NCBI GenBank assembly: GCA_964016885.1
Contig: OZ024742.1
Location: 342,426,001 to 342,490,000, forward strand
DNA: 64,000 nt
Direction: 5' to 3'
DNA from: Eledone cirrhosa
Taxonomy: Eukaryota
The notes beneath the pieces are model-generated. The model did no database searches. It was given only the letters and a program-made list of their open reading frames with translations, and was not told the origin of the DNA. The position numbers and the translations under genes were made by a program. Every line of letters begins with the position of its first letter. Within the stretch, counting starts at the first letter, position 1. Shown in pieces: positions 28,370-43,169 of this stretch.

Positions 28370-31300
28370 TCCAGTGGTATGGTATGTGATCTACAGTGGT
28401 ATGAAGTATGTGATCTCCAGTGGTATGAAGTATGTGATCTACAGCGGTATGAAGTATGTGATATGCAGCCGTATGAAGTATGTCAGCTCTAGTGGTATGA
28501 AGTATGTGATCTACAGTGGTATGAAGTATGTCAGCTCCAGTGGTATGAAGTATGTGATCTCCAGTGGTATGAAGTATGTGATCTCCTGTTTTATGAAATA
28601 TGTGATCTACAGTGGTATGAAGTATGTGATCTACAGTGGTATGAAGTATGTGATATCCTGTGGTATGAAGTATGTGATGTACAGTGGTATGTAGTATGTC
28701 AGCTCCAGTGGTATGAAGTATGTGATCTCCAGTGGTATGAAGTATGTGATCTACAGTGGTATGAAGTATGTCAGCTCCAGTGGTATGAAGTATGTGATCT
28801 CCAGTGGTATGAAGTATGTAATCTCCTGTGGTATGAAGTATGTGATCTACAGTGGTATGAAGTATGTGATCTACAGTGGTATGAAGCATGTGATATCCTG
28901 TGGTATGAAGTATGTGATCTCCAGTGGTATGAAGTATGTGATCTCCAGTGGTATGAAGTATGTGATATCCTGTGGTATGAAGTATGTGATCTACAGTGGT
29001 ATGAAGTATGTGATCTACAGTGGTATGAAGTATGTGATCTCCAGTGGTATGAAGTATGTGATCTCCTGTGGTATGAAGTATGTGATCTACAGTGGTATGA
29101 AGTATGTGATCTCCAGTGGTATGAAGTATGTGATCTCCTGTGGTATGAAGTATGTGGTCTACAGTGGTATGAAGTATGTCAGCTCCAGTGGTATGAAGTA
29201 TGTGATCTACAGTGGTATGAAGTATGTGATATCCTGTGGTATGAAGTATGTGATATCCTGTGGTATGAAGTATGTGATCTACAGTGGTATGAAGTATGTG
29301 ATCTACAGTGGTATGAAGTATGTGATCTCCAGTGGTATGAAGTATGTGATCTCCAGTGGTATGAAATATGTGATCTACAGTGGTATGAAGTATGTGATCT
29401 ACAGTGGTATGAAGTATGTGATATCCTGTGGTATGAAGTATGTGATATCCTGTGGTATGAAGTATGTGATCTACAGTGGTATGAAGTATGTGATCTCCAG
29501 TGCTATGAAGTATGTGATCTACAGTGGTATGAAGTATGTCAGCTCCAGTGGTATGAAGTATGTGATCTCCAGTGGTATGCAGTATGTGATCTACAGTGGT
29601 ATGAAGTATGTGATCTCCAGTGGTATGAAGTATGTGATCTACAGTGGTATGAAGTATGTGATCTACAGTGGTATGAAGTATGTGATATCCTGTGGTATGA
29701 AGTATGTGATATCCTGTGGTATGAAGTATGTGATCTACAGTGGTATGAAGTATGTGATCTCCTGTGATATGAAGTATGTGATCTACAGTGGTATGAAGTA
29801 TGTGATCTACAGTGGTATGAATTATGTGATCTCCAGGGGTATGAAGTATGTGATCTACAGTGGTATGAAGTATGTGATCTCCAGTGGTATGAAGTATGTC
29901 AGCTCCAGTGGTATGAAGTATGTGATCTACAGTGGTATGATGTATGTGATCTACAGTGGTATGATGTATGTGATATCCAGTGGTATGAAGTATGTGATCT
30001 ACAGTGGTATGAAGTATGTGATCTGCAGTGATATGAAGTATGTGATCTACAGTGGTATGAAGTATGTGATCTTCAGTGGTATGAAGTATGTGATCTCCAG
30101 TGGTATGAAGTATGTGATCTACAGTGGTATGAAGTATGTGATCTACAGTGGTATGAAGTATGTGATCTCCAGTTGTATGAAGTATGTGATCTCCAGTGGT
30201 ATGAAGTATGTGATCTACAGTGGTATGAAGTATGTGATCTACAGTGGTATGAAGTATGTGATCTCCAGTGGTATGAAGTATGTGATCTACAGTGGTATGA
30301 AGTATGTGATCTACAGTGGTATGAAGTATGTGATCTCCAGTGGTATGAAGTATGTGATCTACAGTGGTATGAAGTATGTGATATCCTGTGGTATGAAGTA
30401 TGTGATCTACAGTGGTATGAAGTATGTGATATCCTGTGGTATGAATTATGTGATCTCCATTGTTATGAAGTATGTGATCTCCAGTGGTATGAAGTATGTG
30501 ATCTCCAGTGGTATGAAGTATGTGATCTACAGTGGTATGAAGTATGTGATCTACAGTGGTATGAAGTATGTGATATCCTGTGGTATGAAGTATGTGATCT
30601 CCATTGGTATGAAGTATGTGATCTCCAGTGGTATGAAGTATGTGATCTCCAGTGGTATGAAGTATGTGATCTACAGTGGTATGAAGTATGTGATCTACAG
30701 TGGTATGAAGTATGTGATCTACAGTGGTATGAATTATGTGATATCCTGTGGTATGAAGTATATGATCTCCATTGGTATGAAGTATGTGATTTCCAGTGGT
30801 ATGAAGTATGTGATCTACAGTGGTATGAAGTATGTGATCTCCAGTGGTATGAAGTATGTGATCTACAGTGATATGAGGTATGTGATCTACAGTGGTATGA
30901 AGTATGTGATCTCCTGTGATATGAAGTATGTGATCTACAGTGGTATGAAGTATGTGATCTACAGTGGTATGAAGTATGTGATCTCCAGTGGTATGAAGTA
31001 TGTGATCTACAGTGGTATGAAGTATGTGATCTACAGTGGTATGATGTATGTGATCTCCAGTGGTATGAAGTATGAGATCTCCATTGGTATGAAGTATGTC
31101 AGCTCCAGTGGTATGAAGTATGTGATCTACAGTGGTATGAAGTATGTGATCTACAGTGGTATGAAGTATGTGATCTACAGTGGTATGAAGTATGTGATCT
31201 ACAGTGGTATGAAATATGTGATCTACAGTCGTATGAAGTATGTGATCTCCAGTGGTATGAAGTATGTGATCTCCAGTGGTATGAAGTATGTGATCTCCTG

Positions 31301-34300
31301 TGGTATGAAGTATGTGATCTCCTGTGGTATGAAGTATGTGATCTACAGTGGTATGAAGTATGTGATATCCTGTGGTATGAAGTATGTGATCTCCAGTGGT
31401 ATGAAGTATGTGATCTCCTGTGGTATGAAGAATGTGATCTACAGTGGTATGAAGTATGTGATCTCCAGTGCTATGAAGTATGTGATCTACAGTGGTATGA
31501 AGTATGTCAGCTCCAGTGGTATGAAGTATGGGATCTCCAGTGGTATGCAGTATGTGATCTACAGTGGTATGAAGTATGTGATCTCCAGTGGTATGAAGTA
31601 TGTGATCTACAGTGGTATGAAGTATGTGATCTACAGTGGTATGAAGTATGTGATATCCTGTGGTATGAAATATGTGATCTCCAGTGGTGTGAAGTATGTG
31701 ATCTACAGTGGTATGAAGTATGTGATCTACAGTGGTATGAAGTATGTGATCTAGAGTGGTATGATGTATGTCAGCTCCAGTGGTATGAAGTATGTGATCT
31801 CCAGTGGTATGAAGTATGTGATCTACAGTGGTATGAAGTATGTGATCTACAGTGGTATGAAGTATGTGATCTACAGTGGTATGAAGTATGTCAGCTCCAG
31901 TGGTATGAAGTCTGTGATCTCCAGTGGTATGAAGTATGTGATCTACAGTGGTATGAAGTATATGATGTCCAGTGGTATGAAGTATGTGATCTCCAGTGGT
32001 ATGAAGTATGTGATCTACAGTCGTATGAAGTATGTGATCTACAGTGGTATGAAGTATGTCATATCCTGTGGTATGAAGTATGTGATCTACAGTGGTATGA
32101 AGTATGTGATATCCTGTTGTATTAAGTATGTGATCTCCAGTGGTATGAAGTATGTGATATCCTGTGGTATGAAGTATGTGATCTCCAGTGGTATGGTATG
32201 TGATCTACAGTGGTATGAAGTATGTGATCTCCAGTGGTATGAAGTATGTGATCTACAGCGGTATGAAGTATGTGATATGCAGCGGTATGAAGTATGTCAG
32301 CTCTAGTGGTATGAAGTATGTGATCTACAGTGGTATGAAGTATGTCAGCTCCAGTGGTATGAAGTATGTGATCTCCAGTGGTATGAAGTATGTGATCTCC
32401 TGTTTTATGAAATATGTGATCTACAGTGGTATGAAGTATGTGATCTACAGTGGTATGAAGTATGTGATATCCTGTGGTATGAAGTATGTGATGTACAGTG
32501 GTATGTAGTATGTCAGCTCCAGTGGTATGAAGTATGTGATCTCCAGTGGTATGAAGTATGTGATCTACAGTGGTATGAAGTATGTCAGCTCCAGTGGTAT
32601 GAAGTATGTGATCTCCAGTGGTATGAAGTATGTAATCTCCTGTGGTATGAAGTATGTGATCTACAGTGGTATGAAGTATGTGATCTACAGTGGTATGAAG
32701 CATGTGATATCCTGTGGTATGAAGTATGTGATCTCCAGTGGTATGAAGTATGTGATCTCCAGTGGTATGAAGTATGTGATATCCTGTGGTATGAAGTATG
32801 TGATCTACAGTGGTATGAAGTATGTGATCTACAGTGGTATGAAGTATGTGATCTCCAGTGGTATGAAGTATGTGATCTCCTGTGGTATGAAGTATGTGAT
32901 CTACAGTGGTATGAAGTATGTGATCTCCAGTGGTATGAAGTATGTGATCTCCTGTGGTATGAAGTATGTGGTCTACAGTGGTATGAAGTATGTCAGCTCC
33001 AGTGGTATGAAGTATGTGATCTACAGTGGTATGAAGTATGTGATATCCTGTGGTATGAAGTATGTGATATCCTGTGGTATGAAGTATGTGATCTACAGTG
33101 GTATGAAGTATGTGATCTACAGTGGTATGAAGTATGTGATCTCCAGTGGTATGAAGTATGTGATCTCCAGTGGTATGAAATATGTGATCTACAGTGGTAT
33201 GAAGTATGTGATCTACAGTGGTATGAAGTATGTGATATCCTGTGGTATGAAGTATGTGATATCCTGTGGTATGAAGTATGTGATCTACAGTGGTATGAAG
33301 TATGTGATCTCCAGTGCTATGAAGTATGTGATCTACAGTGGTATGAAGTATGTCAGCTCCAGTGGTATGAAGTATGTGATCTCCAGTGGTATGCAGTATG
33401 TGATCTACAGTGGTATGAAGTATGTGATCTCCAGTGGTATGAAGTATGTGATCTACAGTGGTATGAAGTATGTGATCTACAGTGGTATGAAGTATGTGAT
33501 ATCCTGTGGTATGAAGTATGTGATATCCTGTGGTATGAAGTATGTGATCTACAGTGGTATGAAGTATGTGATCTCCTGTGATATGAAGTATGTGATCTAC
33601 AGTGGTATGAAGTATGTGATCTACAGTGGTATGAATTATGTGATCTCCAGGGGTATGAAGTATGTGATCTACAGTGGTATGAAGTATGTGATCTCCAGTG
33701 GTATGAAGTATGTCAGCTCCAGTGGTATGAAGTATGTGATCTACAGTGGTATGATGTATGTGATCTACAGTGGTATGATGTATGTGATATCCAGTGGTAT
33801 GAAGTATGTGATCTACAGTGGTATGAAGTATGTGATCTGCAGTGATATGAAGTATGTGATCTACAGTGGTATGAAGTATGTGATCTTCAGTGGTATGAAG
33901 TATGTGATCTCCAGTGGTATGAAGTATGTGATCTACAGTGGTATGAAGTATGTGATCTACAGTGGTATGAAGTATGTGATCTCCAGTTGTATGAAGTATG
34001 TGATCTCCAGTGGTATGAAGTATGTGATCTACAGTGGTATGAAGTATGTGATCTACAGTGGTATGAAGTATGTGATCTCCAGTGGTATGAAGTATGTGAT
34101 CTACAGTGGTATGAAGTATGTGATCTACAGTGGTATGAAGTATGTGATCTCCAGTGGTATGAAGTATGTGATCTACAGTGGTATGAAGTATGTGATATCC
34201 TGTGGTATGAAGTATGTGATCTACAGTGGTATGAAGTATGTGATATCCTGTGGTATGAATTATGTGATCTCCATTGTTATGAAGTATGTGATCTCCAGTG

Positions 34301-37300
34301 GTATGAAGTATGTGATCTCCAGTGGTATGAAGTATGTGATCTACAGTGGTATGAAGTATGTGATCTACAGTGGTATGAAGTATGTGATATCCTGTGGTAT
34401 GAAGTATGTGATCTCCATTGGTATGAAGTATGTGATCTCCAGTGGTATGAAGTATGTGATCTCCAGTGGTATGAAGTATGTGATCTACAGTGGTATGAAG
34501 TATGTGATCTACAGTGGTATGAAGTATGTGATCTACAGTGGTATGAATTATGTGATATCCTGTGGTATGAAGTATATGATCTCCATTGGTATGAAGTATG
34601 TGATTTCCAGTGGTATGAAGTATGTGATCTACAGTGGTATGAAGTATGTGATCTCCAGTGGTATGAAGTATGTGATCTACAGTGATATGAGGTATGTGAT
34701 CTACAGTGGTATGAAGTATGTGATCTCCTGTGATATGAAGTATGTGATCTACAGTGGTATGAAGTATGTGATCTACAGTGGTATGAAGTATGTGATCTCC
34801 AGTGGTATGAAGTATGTGATCTACAGTGGTATGAAGTATGTGATCTACAGTGGTATGATGTATGTGATCTCCAGTGGTATGAAGTATGAGATCTCCATTG
34901 GTATGAAGTATGTCAGCTCCAGTGGTATGAAGTATGTGATCTACAGTGGTATGAAGTATGTGATCTACAGTGGTATGAAGTATGTGATCTACAGTGGTAT
35001 GAAGTATGTGATCTACAGTGGTATGAAATATGTGATCTACAGTCGTATGAAGTATGTGATCTCCAGTGGTATGAAGTATGTGATCTCCAGTGGTATGAAG
35101 TATGTGATCTCCTGTGGTATGAAGTATGTGATCTCCTGTGGTATGAAGTATGTGATCTCCAGTGGTATGAAATATGTGATCTACAGTGGTATGAAGTATG
35201 TGATCTACAGTGGTATGAAGTATGTGATATCCTGTGGTATGAAGTATGTGATATCCTGTGGTATGAAGTATGTGATCTACAGTGGTATGAAGTATGTGAT
35301 CTCCAGTGCTATGAAGTATGTGATCTACAGTGGTATGAAGTATGTCAGCTCCAGTGGTATGAAGTATGTGATCTCCAGTGGTATGCAGTATGTGATCTAC
35401 AGTGGTATGAAGTATGTGATCTCCAGTGGTATGAAGTATGTGATCTACAGTGGTATGAAGTATGTGATCTACAGTGGTATGAAGTATGTGATATCCTGTG
35501 GTATGAAGTATGTGATATCCTGTGGTATGAAGTATGTGATCTACAGTGGTATGAAGTATGTGATCTCCAGTGCTATGAAGTATGTGATCTACAGTGGTAT
35601 GAAGTATGTCAGCTCCAGTGGTATGAAGTATGTGATCTCCAGTGGTATGCAGTATGTGATCTACAGTGGTATGAAGTATGTGATCTCCAGTGGTATGAAG
35701 TATGTGATCTACAGTGGTATGAAGTATGTGATCTACAGTGGTATGAAGTATGTGATATCCTGTGGTATGAAGTATGTGATATCCTGTGGTATGAAGTATG
35801 TGATCTACAGTGGTATGAAGTATGTGATCTCCTGTGATATGAAGTATGTGATCTACAGTGGTATGAAGTATGTGATCTACAGTGGTATGAATTATGTGAT
35901 CTCCAGGGGTATGAAGTATGTGATCTACAGTGGTATGAAGTATGTGATCTCCAGTGGTATGAAGTATGTCAGCTCCAGTGGTATGAAGTATGTGATCTAC
36001 AGTGGTATGATGTATGTGATCTACAGTGGTATGATGTATGTGATATCCAGTGGTATGAAGTATGTGATCTACAGTGGTATGAAGTATGTGATCTGCAGTG
36101 ATATGAAGTATGTGATCTACAGTGGTATGAAGTATGTGATCTTCAGTGGTATGAAGTATGTGATCTCCAGTGGTATGAAGTATGTGATCTACAGTGGTAT
36201 GAAGTATGTGATCTACAGTGGTATGAAGTATGTGATCTCCAGTTGTATGAAGTATGTGATCTCCAGTGGTATGAAGTATGTGATCTACAGTGGTATGAAG
36301 TATGTGATCTACAGTGGTATGAAGTATGTGATCTCCAGTGGTATGAAGTATGTGATCTACAGTGGTATGAAGTATGTGATCTACAGTGGTATGAAGTATG
36401 TGATCTCCAGTGGTATGAAGTATGTGATCTACAGTGGTATGAAGTATGTGATATCCTGTGGTATGAAGTATGTGATCTACAGTGGTATGAAGTATGTGAT
36501 ATCCTGTGGTATGAATTATGTGATCTCCATTGTTATGAAGTATGTGATCTCCAGTGGTATGAAGTATGTGATCTCCAGTGGTATGAAGTATGTGATCTAC
36601 AGTGGTATGAAGTATGTGATCTACAGTGGTATGAAGTATGTGATATCCTGTGGTATGAAGTATGTGATCTCCATTGGTATGAAGTATGTGATCTCCAGTG
36701 GTATGAAGTATGTGATCTCCAGTGGTATGAAGTATGTGATCTACAGTGGTATGAAGTATGTGATCTACAGTGGTATGAAGTATGTGATCTACAGTGGTAT
36801 GAATTATGTGATATCCTGTGGTATGAAGTATATGATCTCCATTGGTATGAAGTATGTGATTTCCAGTGGTATGAAGTATGTGATCTACAGTGGTATGAAG
36901 TATGTGATCTCCAGTGGTATGAAGTATGTGATCTACAGTGATATGAGGTATGTGATCTACAGTGGTATGAAGTATGTGATCTCCTGTGATATGAAGTATG
37001 TGATCTACAGTGGTATGAAGTATGTGATCTACAGTGGTATGAAGTATGTGATCTCCAGTGGTATGAAGTATGTGATCTACAGTGGTATGAAGTATGTGAT
37101 CTACAGTGGTATGATGTATGTGATCTCCAGTGGTATGAAGTATGAGATCTCCATTGGTATGAAGTATGTCAGCTCCAGTGGTATGAAGTATGTGATCTAC
37201 AGTGGTATGAAGTATGTGATCTACAGTGGTATGAAGTATGTGATCTACAGTGGTATGAAGTATGTGATCTACAGTGGTATGAAATATGTGATCTACAGTC

Positions 37301-40300
37301 GTATGAAGTATGTGATCTCCAGTGGTATGAAGTATGTGATCTCCAGTGGTATGAAGTATGTGATCTCCTGTGGTATGAAGTATGTGATCTCCTGTGGTAT
37401 GAAGTATGTGATCTACAGTGGTATGAAGTATGTGATATCCTGTGGTATGAAGTATGTGATCTCCAGTGGTATGAAGTATGTGATCTCCTGTGGTATGAAG
37501 AATGTGATCTACAGTGGTATGAAGTATGTCAGCTCCAGTGGTATGAAGTATGTGATCTCCAGTGGTATGAAGTATGTGATCTCCTGTGTTATGAAATATG
37601 TGATCTACAGTGGTATGAAGTATGTGATCTACAGTGGTATGAAGTATGTGATCTCCAGTGGTATGAAGTATGTGATCTACAGTGGTATGAAGTATGTGAT
37701 CTACAGTGGTATGAAGTATGTGATCTACAGTGGTATGAAGTATGTCAGCTCCAGTGGTATGAAGTATGGGATCTCCAGTGGTATGCAGTATGTGATCTAC
37801 AGTGGTATGAAGTATGTGATCTCCAGTGGTATGAAGTATGTGATCTACAGTGGTATGAAGTATGTGATCTACAGTGGTATGAAGTATGTGATATCCTGTG
37901 GTATGAAATATGTGATCTACAGTGGTATGAAGTATGTGATCTACAGTGGTATGAAGTATGTGATATCCTGTGGTATGAAGTATGTGATATCCTGTGGTAT
38001 GAAGTATGTGATCTACAGTGGTATGAAGTATGTCAGCTCCAGTGGTATGAAGTATGTGATCTCCAGTGGTATGAAGTATGTGATCTCCTGTGTTATGAAA
38101 TATGTGATCTACAGTGGTATGAAGTATGTGATCTACAGTGGTATGAAGTATGTGATATCCTGTGGTATGAAGTATGTGATGTACAGTGGTATGTAGTATG
38201 TCAGCTCCAGTGGTATGAAGTATGTGATCTCCAGTGGTATGAAGTATGTGATCTACAGTGGTATGACGTATGTAATCTCCTGTGGTATGAAGTATGTGAT
38301 CTACAGTGGTATGAAGTATGTGATCTACAGTGGTATGAAGCATGTGATATCCTGTGGTATGAAGTATGTGATCTCCAGTGGTATGAAGTATGTGATCTCC
38401 AGTGGTATGAAGTATGTGATATCCTGTGGTATGAAGTATGTGATCTACAGTGGTATGAAGTATGTGATCTACAGTGGTATGAAGTATGTGATCTCCAGTG
38501 GTATGAAGTATGTGATCTCCTGTGGTATGAAGTATGTGATCTACAGTGGTATGAAGTATGTGATCTCCAGTGGTATGAAGTATGTGATCTCCTGTGGTAT
38601 GAAGTATGTGGTCTACAGTGGTATGAAGTATGTCAGCTCCAGTGGTATGAAGTATGTGATCTACAGTGGTATGAAGTATGTGATATCCTGTGGTATGAAG
38701 TATGTGATATCCTGTGGTATGAAGTATGTGATCTACAGTGGTATGAAGTATGTGATCTACAGTGGTATGAAGTATGTGATCTCCAGTGGTATGAAGTATG
38801 TGATCTCCAGTGGTATGAAATATGTGATCTACAGTGGTATGAAGTATGTGATCTACAGTGGTATGAAGTATGTGATATCCTGTGGTATGAAGTATGTGAT
38901 ATCCTGTGGTATGAAGTATGTGATCTACAGTGGTATGAAGTATGTGATCTCCAGTGCTATGAAGTATGTGATCTACAGTGGTATGAAGTATGTCAGCTCC
39001 AGTGGTATGAAGTATGTGATCTCCAGTGGTATGCAGTATGTGATCTACAGTGGTATGAAGTATGTGATCTCCAGTGGTATGAAGTATGTGATCTACAGTG
39101 GTATGAAGTATGTGATCTACAGTGGTATGAAGTATGTGATATCCTGTGGTATGAAGTATGTGATATCCTGTGGTATGAAGTATGTGATCTACAGTGGTAT
39201 GAAGTATGTGATCTCCTGTGATATGAAGTATGTGATCTACAGTGGTATGAAGTATGTGATCTACAGTGGTATGAATTATGTGATCTCCAGGGGTATGAAG
39301 TATGTGATCTACAGTGGTATGAAGTATGTGATCTCCAGTGGTATGAAGTATGTCAGCTCCAGTGGTATGAAGTATGTGATCTACAGTGGTATGATGTATG
39401 TGATCTACAGTGGTATGATGTATGTGATATCCAGTGGTATGAAGTATGTGATCTCCATTGGTATGAAGTATGTGATCTGCAGTGATATGAAGTATGTGAT
39501 CTACAGTGGTATGAAGTATGTGATCTTCAGTGGTATGAAGTATGTGATCTCCAGTGGTATGAAGTATGTGATCTACAGTGGTATGAAGTATGTGATCTAC
39601 AGTGGTATGAAGTATGCGATCTCCAGTGGTATGAAGTATGTGATCTCCAGTGGTATGAAGTATGTGATCTACAGTGGTATGAAGTATGTGATCTACAGTG
39701 GTATGAAGTATGTGATCTCCAGTGGTATGAAGTATGTGATCTACAGTGGTATGAAGTATGTGATCTACAGTGGTATGAAGTATGTGATCTCCAGTGGTAT
39801 GAAGTATGTGATCTACAGTGGTATGAAGTATGTGATATCCTGTGGTATGAAGTATGTGATCTACAGTGGTATGAAGTATGTGATATCCTGTGGTATGAAT
39901 TATGTGATCTCCATTGTTATGAAGTATGTGATCTCCAGTGGTATGAAGTATGTGATCTCCAGTGGTATGAAGTATGTGATCTACAGTGGTATGAAGTATG
40001 TGATCTACAGTGGTATGAAGTATGTGATATCCTGTGGTATGAAGTATGTGATCTCCATTGGTATGAAGTATGTGATCTCCAGTGGTATGAAGTATGTGAT
40101 CTCCAGTGGTATGAAGTATGTGATCTACAGTGGTTTGAAGTATGTGATCTACAGTGGTATGAAGTATGTGATCTACAGTGGTATGAATTATGTGATATCC
40201 TGTGGTATGAAGTATATGATCTCCATTGGTATGAAGTATGTGATTTCCAGTGGTATGAAGTATGTGATCTACAGTGGTATGAAGTATGTGATCTCCAGTG

Positions 40301-41990
40301 GTATGAAGTATGTGATCTACAGTGATATGAGGTATGTGATCTACAGTGGTATGAAGTATGTGATCTCCTGTGATATGAAGTATGTGATCTACAGTGGTAT
40401 GAAGTATGTGATCTACAGTGGTATGAAGTATGTGATCTCCATTGGTATGAAGTATGTCAGCTCCAGTGGTATGAAGTATGTGATCTACAGTGGTATGAAG
40501 TATGTGATCTACAGTGGTATGAAGTATGTGATCTACAGTGGTATGAAGTATGTGATCTACAGTGGTATGAAATATGTGATCTACAGTCGTATGAAGTATG
40601 TGATCTCCAGTGGTATGAAGTATGTGATCTCCAGTGGTATGAAGTATGTGATCTCCTGTGGTATGAAGTATCTGATCTCCTGTGGTATGAAGTATGTGAT
40701 CTACAGTGGTATGAAGTATGTGATCTCCAGTGGTATGAAGAATGTGATCTACAGTGGTATGAAGTATGTGATATCCTGTGGTATGAAGTATGTGATCTCC
40801 AGTGGTATGAAGTATGTGATCTCCTGTGGTATGAAGAATGTGATCTACAGTGGTATGAAGTATGTGATCTCCAGTGCTATGAATTATGTGATATACAGTG
40901 GTATGAATTATGTCAGCTCCAGTGGTATGAAGTATGGGATCTCCAGTGGTATGCAGTATGTGATCTACAGTGGTATGAAGTATGTGATCTCCAGTGGTAT
41001 GAAGTATGTGATCTACAGTGGTATGAAGTATGTGATCTACAGTGGTATGAAGTATGTGATATCCTGTGGTATGAAGTATGTGATATCCTGTGGTATGAAG
41101 TATGTGATCTACAGTGGTATGAAGTATGTGATCTCCTGTGATATGAAGTATGTGATCTACAGTGGTATGAAGTATGTGATCTACAGTGGTATGAAGTATG
41201 TGATCTCCAGGGGTATGAAGTATGTGATCTACAGTGGTATGAAGTATGTGATCTCCAGTGGTATGAAGTATGTCAGCTCCAGTGGTATGAAGTATGTGAT
41301 CTACAGTGGTATGATGTATGTGATCTACAGTGGTATGGTGTATGTGATATCCAGTGGTATGAAGTATGTGATCTGCAGTGATATGAAGTATGTGATCTAC
41401 AGTGGTATGAAGTAGGTGATCTTCAGTGGTATGAAGTATGTGATCTCCAGTGGTATGAAGTATGTGATCTACAGTGGTATGAAGTATGTGATCTACAGTG
41501 GTATGAAGTATGTGATCTCCAGTGGTATGAAGTATGTGATCTCCAGTGGTATGAAGTATGTGATCTACAGTGGTATGAAGTATGTGATCTACAGTGGTAT
41601 GAAGTATGTGATCTCCAGTGGTATGAAGTATGTGATCTACAGTGGTATGAAGTATGTGATCTACAGTGGTATGAAGTATGTGATCTCCAGTGGTATGAAG
41701 TATGTGATCTCCAGTGGTATGAAGTATGTGATCTACAGTGATATGAAGTATGTGATATCCTGTGGTATGAAGTATGTGATCTACAGTGGTATGAAGTATG
41801 TGATCTACAGTGGTATGAAGTATGTGATCTCCTGTGGTATGAAGTATGTGATCTCCAGTGGTATGAAGTATGTGATCTACAGTGATATGAGGTATGTGAT
41901 CTACAGTGGTATGAAGTATGTGATCTCCTGTGATATGAAGTATGTGATCTACAGTGGTATGAAGTATGTGATCTACAGTGGTATGAAGTA
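28370..41990. repeat. Satellite subfamily B domain, with internal duplications at offsets 3814, 2256, 5688 and 264 bp and a short A-type insert at about 31.7-32.2 kb
   Basis: Markers CAGTGCTATG, ATGCAGTAT, CCAGGGGT, CCATTGTTATG, TATGAGATC, GTGGTCTAC, AAGCATG and ATGTAGTATG. ORF pairs 28713/32527 and 30173/33987 (3814), 33987/36243 (2256) and 32527/38215 (5688). Confidence 0.85.
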
Positions 41991-43169
41991 TGTCAGCTCC
42001 AGTGGTATGATGTATGTGATCTCCAGTGGTATGAAGTATGTGATCAACAGTGGTATGAAGTATGTGATCTCCTGTGGTATGAAGTATGTGATCTCCTGTG
42101 GTATGAAGTATGTGATCTCCAGTGGTATGAAGTATGTGATCTACAGTGGTATGAAGTATGTGATGTCCAGTGGTATGAAGTATGTGATCTACAGTGGTAT
42201 GAAGTATGTCAGCTCCAGTGGTATGAAGTATGTGATCTCCAGTGGTATGAAGTATGTGATCTCCAGTGGTATGAAGTATGTGATCTCCTGTGGTATGAAG
42301 TATGTGATCTCCAGTGGTATGAAATATGTGATCTCCAGTGGTATGAAGTATGTGATATCCTGTGGTATGAAGTATGTGATCTACAGTGGTATGAAGTATG
42401 TGATCTCCAGTGGTATGAAGTATGTGATCTCCAGTGGTATGAAGTATGTGATCTACAGTGGTATGAAGTATGTGATCTACAGCGGTATGAAATATGTGAT
42501 ATCCTGTGGTATGAAGTATGTGATCTCCAGTGGTATGAAGTATGTCAGCTCCACTGGTATGAAGTATGTGATCTACAGTGGTATGAAGTATGTGATATCC
42601 TGTGGTATGAAGTATGTGATGTCCAGTCGTATGAAGTATGTGATCTCCAGTGGTATGAAGTATGTCAGCTCCAGTGGTATGAAGTATGTCAGCTCCAGTG
42701 GTATGAAGTATGTCAGCTCCTGTGGTATGAAGTATGTGATCTCCAGTGGTATGTAGTATGTCAGCTCCAGTGGTATGAAGTATGTTAGCTCCAGTGGTAT
42801 GAAGTATGTGATATCCTGTGGTATGAAGTATGTGATCTCCAGTGGTATGAAGTATGTGATCTACAGTGGTATGAAGTATGTGATCTACAGTGGTATGAAG
42901 TATGTCAGCTCCAGTGGTATGAAGTATGTGATCTCCAGTGGTGTGAAGTATGTGATCTACAGTGGTATGAAGTATGTGATCTACAGTGGTATGAAGTATG
43001 TCATATCCTGTGGTATGAAGTATGTGATCTACAGTGGTATGAAGTATGTGATATCCTGTTGTATTAAGTATGTGATCTCCAGTGGTATGAAGTATGTGAT
43101 ATCCTGTGGTATGAAGTATGTGATCTCCAGTGATATGGTATGTGATCTACAGTGGTATGAAGTATGTGA

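Larger units (their letters stand above)
1..28370. repeat. Satellite subfamily A domain (with short B-type intrusions near 17.9-19.1 kb and 22.6 kb)
   Basis: Recurrent markers GATCAACAG, AGCTCCACTGG, GATGTCCAG, AAGTGTGTG followed by AAGAATGTG, GATCTAAAG and GTTAGC, with dense landmark cassettes. Confidence 0.8.
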
